Part shown: one piece after another, positions 18,422 through 25,930 of the stretch
Position numbering within the stretch: the first letter of the stretch is position 1
Layout: the number at the start of each line of letters is the position of its first letter
The notes under the pieces: model-generated
Told to the model about the DNA's origin: nothing
Databases searched by the model: none
What the model saw: only the letters and a program-made list of their open reading frames with translations
Source of the DNA: Verrucomicrobia bacterium UBA1211
GTDB taxonomy: Bacteria > Verrucomicrobiota > Kiritimatiellia > RFP12 > UBA1067
Reading direction: 5' to 3'
Assembly (NCBI GenBank): GCA_002309585.1
Contig: DBXN01000140.1
Coordinates: 23,780-80,989, forward strand
DNA: 57,210 bases
Position numbers and translations under genes: made by a program

Positions 18422-18600
18422 GGTAAGGGAATGAGTGACGAGTGACGGTTAATGAGTGACGGGTGACGAGAGCGAATGAAGAACGGGGGATTATGGCATT
18501 ATGGCAATGTGGCATTATGGCATTATGAAAATGTGGCGGAGTGAAATTCCATAATGGCTTAATGTCATAATTCCAGAATGAAACCTCAACGCTCAACGAT
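18422..18600 (+). repeat. Modular intergenic element, copy A: GTGACGR heptamers (18428-18490), WTRTGGCA octamers (18491-18586), CTCAACG units
   Basis: Its ~150 nt core is >90% identical by eye to 23505-23664. Confidence 0.85.
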
Positions 18601-18659
18601 TCAAGGGTGACGATATGGTGACGAAAGACAACACGGGATTACGGTCTCGGACTGATGTG

Positions 18660-19706
18660 ATGAAGATGGACAGGCGGGGATTTCTTGCCGGAATCGCCGC
18701 GGTGGGGGTGGTGGGTGCCATCCGGGCCGGGGCGGAGACCCCGGTGGGGGAGCCGCGCCCGCTCAAGGTTTGCGTTTTCTCGGACATCCATTATGAACGC
18801 AACCAATGGACGAACACGGAGAACACATCCTTTCTCGAACGCATCATGGCGCGCGCGGAACGCGAGCGGTGTGATATGATGATCCACTGCGGTGACTTCA
18901 TGCATGGTGTCCGAAAGGATTGGCAGAAGGAGTATCTCAAGCTGTATGGCAGCTCCGCGATTCCCGGTTACCACATTCTCGGCAACCATGACCAGGACCA
19001 GAACGACTATCGCGAGACGTGCGAGGCCTACCGAATGCCTGCCGGCCACTACTCGTTCGACAAGGGCGGTTTTCGGTTCGTGATCGCCGATCCCAACTAT
19101 ATCCGATTGGCAGACGGTAAGTTCGTCCATTACGGGAACGGCAACTATTTCAAGCCCGGCGAGGGCGCGTCGACGACATGGATTCCCCCTGAGGAGATGG
19201 AGTGGCTTCGGGCGACCATCGTCGGCTCGCCGCTTCCCTGCGTTGTCCTTTCACACCAGAGCTTTGAACGGGGACGGTGCGATCCGGTGAAAAACGCCGC
19301 CGAGGTGCGCGCGATCTTCAGCGAGGCGAACGCGAAACGGTCCGGGACCGTCCGGCTCGTGATGAATGGGCATCTTCACACCGACCATCTCCGTATTCTC
19401 GACGGCATCCTCTATTGGGATGTCAACAGCGCCAATTACCAGTGGTACGGCAAGGTTCACGACAAATATCCCGCCGACTATGTGGCGAACCATCGCGGCG
19501 CGCCGCATACCCTTGGATGGACCGCTCCGCTCTCCGGAATCCTTTCCCTTTGGCCGAATGGCCGCATCCGGATCGAAGGATCAAAGGCCGGGTGGCTGTT
19601 CGGGGTGACACCCAAAGATGCGGGGTATCCGCTCTGCGACAGCGACGGGCGCGAGACCTATCCGGCCATCCAGACCGCAGACGTTTCCTTCAACCTGCCG
19701 TCCTGA
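18660..19706 (+). CDS. Tat-exported calcineurin-like metallophosphoesterase
   Basis: MKMDRRGFLAGIAAVG signal. VFSDIHYE, CGDFMH, GNHD, NGHLH metallophosphatase motifs. Start trimmed from 18615. Confidence 0.75.
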   Translation: MKMDRRGFLAGIAAVGVVGAIRAGAETPVGEPRPLKVCVFSDIHYERNQWTNTENTSFLERIMARAERERCDMMIHCGDFMHGVRKDWQKEYLKLYGSSAIPGYHILGNHDQDQNDYRETCEAYRMPAGHYSFDKGGFRFVIADPNYIRLADGKFVHYGNGNYFKPGEGASTTWIPPEEMEWLRATIVGSPLPCVVLSHQSFERGRCDPVKNAAEVRAIFSEANAKRSGTVRLVMNGHLHTDHLRILDGILYWDVNSANYQWYGKVHDKYPADYVANHRGAPHTLGWTAPLSGILSLWPNGRIRIEGSKAGWLFGVTPKDAGYPLCDSDGRETYPAIQTADVSFNLPS

Positions 19707-20040
19707 CGCGCGCTACTTACCTTCTCCGATTAACGTCTTAGCTTCAATTCCCCACTTCATGGGCGTTGTGCTCCGTCGTGTCTCACCCGGGCCCGCAACG
19801 AACGCGGCGTTTACGGGACAGCGTGTACATCGCCGCCAGACTCTCGGCGGGGGAGAAGTGCGCTCCGCGATTCTTTTGATAATATGCTTTCTTTATGCGG
19901 TTTTGAGGTATTATACTTGTCAATGTGTTTAAATCCCGTTGGTTGCATTGTGATTGGTTCGGTACGCTCGCCGCTTGATCGCAGAGGTTGAGGCGGCGGT
20001 GTGATTGCTTTGAAACGGTGAGGGAAAGGACTGTGCGATC

Positions 20041-21369
20041 ATGAATAGGGTGATGGGGATCTTGGGCGCATCGGCACTGTGCGTATGTGTCGGGAGTGGG
20101 GAAACCGCCGTGAAACCGCCGGCCGAGCGGATGGACCGCTCGAAACTGCTCATCGGTGCGTACTGTCTGCAGGCCAACGCCCGGACCGATGCGCATATCC
20201 AGGCGATCCGCGACTGCGGGGTGGACTTCATTATCGGTGTTCCGGCTGACGACCGCGCCACCCTCGACCAGTTCGCCAAATACGGAGTCGGGGCGATCGT
20301 GAACGGCGTCGTCCCCAGCTGGTGGGGCGGCGACGGCGAGCGCGCGGGAAAGATGCGGGAGGTGAACCCACCTGATCGATACGCGGCGGGGGCCAAGGCC
20401 TTCAAAGACCACCCCGCAGTCTGGGCGGTGGATATCGGCGACGAACCTTCCGCGCTCGATTTTCCCTACTACGGCGAGGTTGTGCGGCAGTTGAACAAGG
20501 CTCTTCCCGGTATGCCGCTCTATCTAAACCTCTATCCCAACTACGCGAGTGTGGCGCAGAATACGGGGAAGCAGACCGTCAACCAGCTCGGCACGCCGAC
20601 CTATACCGAACACATCGCGGCCTACTGTCGCGATGTCCCGCTCGACTACATCTCTTATGACTTTTATCCCTACGTCGGCCCTGCCGGGATCGATCGGTTC
20701 CTCTCGAAGATGTACGACAACTTCCTCGATGTCTCTGGGGCGTGCCGTCGCACCAAGCGTGCCTTCTGGTACATTCCGCAGGTGAACACCCGCGAGAATT
20801 TGCCCTCCACCAGCGAAAACTGTCTGCGTTTCCAGGCGTATGCGGCGATGAGTTTCGGAGCGGAGGTGATCACCTGGGCCTGTTGGTGCAAGGGGTGGTG
20901 GACCGACAACGTCCTTGATGCGGAGGGGAAGCAGACGGGACAGTACGCGAAGCTCCAGCGGGTCAACGCCGAACTGAAGCGGCTCGGTCCCGCGTACATG
21001 GCGTTCAGGAACGTCGCCACTCACTTTGTCGGATTCCCTGAGACCTCACCCCGGAATCCCACGCTCCCGTTTACCCGTACCGACGCGCTTGACGCTGGCG
21101 GATTCACGGCGCTTCGCGCCTCCAACGGCGCGGCGTTGTTAGTCGGGGAGATGGTCGCACGGGATCCGGAGGGCAAGGCCCGGGCGCTCTTTGTGACGGC
21201 GGCGGACGATCCGTGCGATGAGCGCCATGCCACGTTTGATATCGTTTTCCGCGCGAAAGCGGCGAAGACGTTCGGTGGACAGGGGCCTGTTCCTGTGCGG
21301 CGGCTTGACGACGGGCGATTCGCCGTCGCGATCGCCTCGTGCGCGGGGGTACTTCTGGTGGCGGAGTGA
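20041..21369 (+). CDS. Secreted putative TIM-barrel glycoside hydrolase, family uncertain
   Basis: Signal peptide. Alternating beta/alpha pattern with DIGDEPS and LNLYPNY, reminiscent of GH42/GH35-type barrels. Weak call. Confidence 0.35.
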   Translation: MNRVMGILGASALCVCVGSGETAVKPPAERMDRSKLLIGAYCLQANARTDAHIQAIRDCGVDFIIGVPADDRATLDQFAKYGVGAIVNGVVPSWWGGDGERAGKMREVNPPDRYAAGAKAFKDHPAVWAVDIGDEPSALDFPYYGEVVRQLNKALPGMPLYLNLYPNYASVAQNTGKQTVNQLGTPTYTEHIAAYCRDVPLDYISYDFYPYVGPAGIDRFLSKMYDNFLDVSGACRRTKRAFWYIPQVNTRENLPSTSENCLRFQAYAAMSFGAEVITWACWCKGWWTDNVLDAEGKQTGQYAKLQRVNAELKRLGPAYMAFRNVATHFVGFPETSPRNPTLPFTRTDALDAGGFTALRASNGAALLVGEMVARDPEGKARALFVTAADDPCDERHATFDIVFRAKAAKTFGGQGPVPVRRLDDGRFAVAIASCAGVLLVAE

Positions 21370-21422
21370 CGGGTGATCCCTGATACTCAGATTCGGTTGA
21401 AAAAGAGAAGTGAGGAAAGAAA

Positions 21423-23495
21423 ATGAAAAAACAACTGTTGTCGATGGTGTTGGTTCTGATGGGCGGGCTTTGCATGGCCGCCGATGATGGTGTGTGGATG
21501 TGGTATCCCGGCGAGTATGGGATTTGGCGCGGGAACGCGCTGCAGTTCGAGCGGCTTCAGTGGGGGGCGGAGTTGCCGCCTTTCTGGCCGAGTTACGGAT
21601 TTTATCCCGTTGTCGAGTTTTCCGCGCAATTCGATCTGGCGGAGGCGGAACGGGTCGAGATGACGGCGGATGGCGGATTCACCGTGAATGTGAATGGCCG
21701 TGACTGTGTCGCCCCGCTCGGCCGTGTGGATGTGCCGAAAGGACGCGTCACGATCAAGGTGAAAGTCGGGAACAACCTCCGGCCACCCGCGCTGCTCGTC
21801 AAGGGTAAGACCGTCAAGAGCGGTGAGGCGTGGAAGGTCGGATGGTATCCGGACGATCCGGCGGCATTGCCCGTCGAGTTCGACCGGGCGTTCGCCGATG
21901 CCGGGAACAAGCCGGGCGATTGGAAGCTGCGGCGCGAGCCTGCCGTGCCGGTTCAGATCCGGAAGCTTGACGGAGGGGCATTGCTCGCCGACTTCGGCCG
22001 GGAGACCTACGGGTACTTGGTCTTGACGGACATCAAAGGCGAGGGCGCGGTCAAGATCATCTATGCCGAGAGCGAGAAGGAGGCGCTGGATGAGGCACCC
22101 GCGCGTCCGCAGGACTGTATGGAGTTCGTCTCCTTGGGCGCGAAGGATGCGCCGAAATGCGTGTGGAAAAAGGGACGGGGTTTCCGTTACGTGTTTCTGC
22201 GTCCGTTCGAGGGAAATCTCTCCATAGGCGGCATCGCGATGGAGCGGGAGTTGCCGCGCGCCTCCAGACGCGGGGCGTTCCGGTGCAATGACGAGCGGGT
22301 GAACGCGATTTGGGATGTCGCCGCCGATACGCTGGAGTTGACCTGCCGGGAGGTCTTCATCGAGGGCGTGAAGCGTGACCATTGGGTCTGGAGCGGCGAC
22401 GCGGTTCAGAGTTTCCTGATGAACTACTATCTTTCGGGTGACTACGAGGGGTGCCGTGACACGCTCTGGTGCGTTCGCGGCAAGGATCCCGTGGTGAAAC
22501 ACCTGAACGGCATCATGGACTACTCCTTCCTTTGGTTCGACGCGGTGGCGACCTACGTGCTCTATTCCGGCGATCAGCGGTTTCTGCAACAGGCGAAGCC
22601 GCGCATGGACTCCCTGATGCGTTGGTGTCAGTCACGTCTCGATGCGAAGGGGCGTCCGGTGAACCAGCCGGGTGATTGGATCTTCATCGACTGGGCGCCC
22701 GAAGCCCTGCACAACGCGGGTGGGGTGTGCGCCTTCGAGATGATGGTCTACGCGCGGGCACTGGAGACGATGGTGATGACGGAGCCGCCTGAACAGAACT
22801 TCACCCTCGCTTCGGTGGCCCAAAAGGTCAAATCCGAGGTCAAAACCCTTTTCTGGAGTGAGGAGAACGGCTGTCTCATGCACCTGTTCAAGAATGACGG
22901 GACGCTTGATCCGCAGGTAACGCGTTATCCGAACATCTTCGGGCTCAAGTGGGGCTACTTCAACGACAGCGAGCGGGAGCGGGTTCTGAAGGGTGTGATG
23001 TTCAACGACAAGGTGATGAAGATCCAGACGCCCTACATGCGGTTTTACGAATTGGAGGCGTTGTGCGCGCTCGGGATGCAGAAGCAGGTTCTGGGCGAGA
23101 TCAGGGATTACTGGGGCGGAATGCTCGATCTGGGGGCGACGAGTTTCTGGGAACTCTACAATCCCGCCGAGAGCGGCGACCAGCACTATGCCATGTACGG
23201 CCGGCCTTACGGGAAGAGCCTCTGCCATGCGTGGGGTGCCTCGCCGATCTATCTGTTGGGACGGTACTTCCTCGGCGTGGAGCCGACCGAACCGGGATTC
23301 GCCGCCTACACGGTCAAACCCGTTCTCGGCGGGCTTGAATGGATGACGGGCAAGGTCCCGACACCCACGGGCGATATCGAGGTTACGGTCAAAGACGGCG
23401 CTGTCACGGTCAAAGGCAACGGCGGAAAGGGCAAGCTGGTGTGGAACGGCAAGAGCGTCCCCATTCCGGTCAATGAGACCGTTATGGTAGAGTGA
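21423..23495 (+). CDS. Six-hairpin glycosidase, GH78 alpha-L-rhamnosidase-like
   Basis: Signal peptide. C-terminal region FWELYNP...SLCHAWGASPIYLLGRYFLGVEPTEPGF is typical of the rhamnosidase (alpha/alpha)6 catalytic plus C-terminal domains. Confidence 0.5.
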   Translation: MKKQLLSMVLVLMGGLCMAADDGVWMWYPGEYGIWRGNALQFERLQWGAELPPFWPSYGFYPVVEFSAQFDLAEAERVEMTADGGFTVNVNGRDCVAPLGRVDVPKGRVTIKVKVGNNLRPPALLVKGKTVKSGEAWKVGWYPDDPAALPVEFDRAFADAGNKPGDWKLRREPAVPVQIRKLDGGALLADFGRETYGYLVLTDIKGEGAVKIIYAESEKEALDEAPARPQDCMEFVSLGAKDAPKCVWKKGRGFRYVFLRPFEGNLSIGGIAMERELPRASRRGAFRCNDERVNAIWDVAADTLELTCREVFIEGVKRDHWVWSGDAVQSFLMNYYLSGDYEGCRDTLWCVRGKDPVVKHLNGIMDYSFLWFDAVATYVLYSGDQRFLQQAKPRMDSLMRWCQSRLDAKGRPVNQPGDWIFIDWAPEALHNAGGVCAFEMMVYARALETMVMTEPPEQNFTLASVAQKVKSEVKTLFWSEENGCLMHLFKNDGTLDPQVTRYPNIFGLKWGYFNDSERERVLKGVMFNDKVMKIQTPYMRFYELEALCALGMQKQVLGEIRDYWGGMLDLGATSFWELYNPAESGDQHYAMYGRPYGKSLCHAWGASPIYLLGRYFLGVEPTEPGFAAYTVKPVLGGLEWMTGKVPTPTGDIEVTVKDGAVTVKGNGGKGKLVWNGKSVPIPVNETVMVE

Positions 23496-23664
23496 CGAGT
23501 GACGGGTGACGGGTGACGAGAGTGAATGAAGAATGGGTGATTATGGCATTATGGAAATATGGCAATGTGGCATTATGGCATCATGAAAATGTGGCGGAGT
23601 GAAATTCCATAATGGCTTAATGTCATAATTTCAGAATGAAACCCTCAACCCTCAACACTCAACT
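23493..23664 (+). repeat. Modular intergenic element, copy B
   Basis: Same module order as copy A, with one extra 8-nt unit in the octamer array. It starts at the TGA of the preceding gene. Confidence 0.85.
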
Positions 23665-23676
23665 GAAAGGTGAGAC

Positions 23677-25863
23677 ATGGGGAAGATGTTAGGCCTGATG
23701 AGCGTTGTTTGCGCGGTCTCTGTGCTGGCGGCGCGCGGTGCGGATGCGTCCGATGCGTTCGCGTTGCCGCGCGCGGCGTTCGGACGCTACTATCGGCAGA
23801 TCACGGGGAAGGATGCCCCTGCGGAAGCGGTCACCTTCGCGATCAACCCCGCCGTGTCGGAAAAGGGCAGGGATGCCTACCGTATCGTGTCGGGGGAGGT
23901 CGGCGTGACGATCACGGGTTCGAACCTGCGTAGCGTCTGGTACGGACTTTACGACCTGCTGGAACGGCGCGGCGGTTGCCGCTGGTTCTGGGACGGTGAC
24001 CGGGTTCCGAGGAAGGATGCGATCGATCTCTCCGGTCTGGATGTGCGGGAGGAGGCGCATTTCGAATATCGCGGGATCCGTTACTTCGCGCATCGCGGCC
24101 TGACCCGCTTCCAGGCGGAGCATTGGGGTCCGGAGGAGTGGCGCCGCGAGATCGACTGGATTCTCAAGCGGCGGCTCAACGTCTTCATGCTCCGCATCGG
24201 GCAGGATGACCTCTTTCAGCTCACCTTTCCGGACATTTGCGCCTATCCGGATCCCTCAAAGCCGCTTCCCGGAGCCGGGAAGGGATATGACGACCGTTCC
24301 CTGTTCTGGAGTCTTCAGTTTCGCGGGGAACTGCGCAAGCGGCTTCAGAAATACGCCTTTGAGCGCGGGTTGTTGATCCCGGAAGATTTCGGTACCATGT
24401 CACACTGGTACTCGCGTACGCCGGAGGATTTTCTCGATAAACAGCAGCCACCGTTTCTGCCGCAGGAGGTGAGCCACTACAGTGAACGCAACGGCCGTGT
24501 CTGGGATATCCGAGAAGATAAGTGGGCCGACGCGTACTGGAAGCTGACCAGGACCGCCGTTGCACAATACGGGACAGGTGCGCCCCCACCGCAGTTGCTG
24601 CATACTATCGGGCTCGGTGAACGCCGGTGCTATAAAGACCGCCAGCGGAATTTCGACCTGAAAATCAAAGCGCTCGACATGTTTCTCGCCCGTGCCCATC
24701 GCGATTATCCCGATTCCAAGGTGTTGATCGCCGGCTGGGATTTCTACAGCACCTGGAAGCCGGAAGAGGTCAAGGCGCTGCTGCCGCGCCTCGACCCGCA
24801 ACGGGATATCATCTGGGACTACGAGGCGGATGTGCCGTATGGCGGAAACCACTTTCTGAATTGGGGCCTTGTGGGCCAATTCCCGTACACCTACTCGATT
24901 TTCCTCGCCTATGAGAAGGCGCTTGATGCGCGGGCGAACTATCCGCTCATTGAGGAGCGGCAGAAGATGGTGCAGGATGACCCGTTCTGCAAGGGTTACA
25001 TTTTCTGGCCGGAATCCAGCCATACCGATACGCTTTGCCTCCGGTTCTTCACAGCCAACGCTTGGTCCGCGAAACCCGTGCCGCACGGTGATGTGCTGGC
25101 TGAGATGTGCGCGAGTCGCTACGGGGAACATGCCGCATTGATGAAGGCCGCATGGAAGGCAGCGCTTCCCGCGTCCTATCTCAGGGACTGGGGACAGAAC
25201 TATTCGCGGGCGGTGCTTTCCATCGGCAATGAGGTGAAAGATCATTCGGCGTTGATCGCGAAGTGGGTGAAACCTGTCGCCGAGGCGGAAGAGGTGTTTG
25301 GCTTGCTCGCTTATTCGCCGTGGGACGATGCGTTCATCCGCCGCGACGCGATCGATATCGCCCGTATGGCGCTGGATCGCCTGATCGCTCTGCGCATTTT
25401 TGAATTCAGCCGGGATTTCACCGCCTGGCGCCACGGGCAACGTGATGGCGGGGACTTGCCCGCGCGAACGGAGCGTATCGCGACCCTGTGCGACCGGATG
25501 GCCGATCTGCTCGCGCTCGATACGGACTATTCGCTCTGGGAGTCCTACCTGCGGCTCGATGCCGTGGAGAAAGTCCGCAATCCCGCGTTCACCAAGACGC
25601 TCTTTGAAAACGCCTCATGCGACTACTGCCGCAGCCACCAGTACGAGTTGGCGCGGCACTGGTACGCGCCCCATGTGCGGCGCGTTGCGGAGACGCTGGC
25701 AAAGGCGGTCGCCGCCGGTGATCGGAAGATGACCATTTCCGGTAATGCGGAGCGGGAACGGCTTGAACTCAAGGAGAAACCGCTGGAATCCCTGCGCCCG
25801 ACCCTTCCGCGGACGGAAGAGAGCTTCCGAAACGTTTTGCGCGGGATAACCGGTGGGCTGTGA
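23677..25863 (+). CDS. GH89-like alpha-N-acetylglucosaminidase (NAGLU family)
   Basis: Signal peptide. FEYRGIRYF...WGPEEWRREIDWILKRRLNVFMLRIGQD resembles the start of the NAGLU TIM-barrel, followed by a long helical C-terminal domain. Confidence 0.5.
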   Translation: MGKMLGLMSVVCAVSVLAARGADASDAFALPRAAFGRYYRQITGKDAPAEAVTFAINPAVSEKGRDAYRIVSGEVGVTITGSNLRSVWYGLYDLLERRGGCRWFWDGDRVPRKDAIDLSGLDVREEAHFEYRGIRYFAHRGLTRFQAEHWGPEEWRREIDWILKRRLNVFMLRIGQDDLFQLTFPDICAYPDPSKPLPGAGKGYDDRSLFWSLQFRGELRKRLQKYAFERGLLIPEDFGTMSHWYSRTPEDFLDKQQPPFLPQEVSHYSERNGRVWDIREDKWADAYWKLTRTAVAQYGTGAPPPQLLHTIGLGERRCYKDRQRNFDLKIKALDMFLARAHRDYPDSKVLIAGWDFYSTWKPEEVKALLPRLDPQRDIIWDYEADVPYGGNHFLNWGLVGQFPYTYSIFLAYEKALDARANYPLIEERQKMVQDDPFCKGYIFWPESSHTDTLCLRFFTANAWSAKPVPHGDVLAEMCASRYGEHAALMKAAWKAALPASYLRDWGQNYSRAVLSIGNEVKDHSALIAKWVKPVAEAEEVFGLLAYSPWDDAFIRRDAIDIARMALDRLIALRIFEFSRDFTAWRHGQRDGGDLPARTERIATLCDRMADLLALDTDYSLWESYLRLDAVEKVRNPAFTKTLFENASCDYCRSHQYELARHWYAPHVRRVAETLAKAVAAGDRKMTISGNAERERLELKEKPLESLRPTLPRTEESFRNVLRGITGGL

Positions 25864-25930
25864 GCGGTGTTGGGGCGGGTGTCGAGGAACTGATACGGCC
25901 ATTTCAATGATCGGCCGATAGGGGGTTCGC

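Noticed and set aside
18477-18545. A small peptide ORF inside repeat copy A (MKNGGLWHYGNVALWHYENVAE)
   Set aside because: In the near-identical copy B the same ATG frame stops after 4 codons (ATG AAG AAT GGG TGA). The reading frame is not conserved, so the element is best treated as non-coding.
18491-18586. Possible CRISPR array, suggested by the regular short repeats
   Set aside because: The units are only 7-8 nt, directly abutting and degenerate, with no unique spacers. No cas genes or leader are present. These are tandem micro-repeats, not CRISPR.
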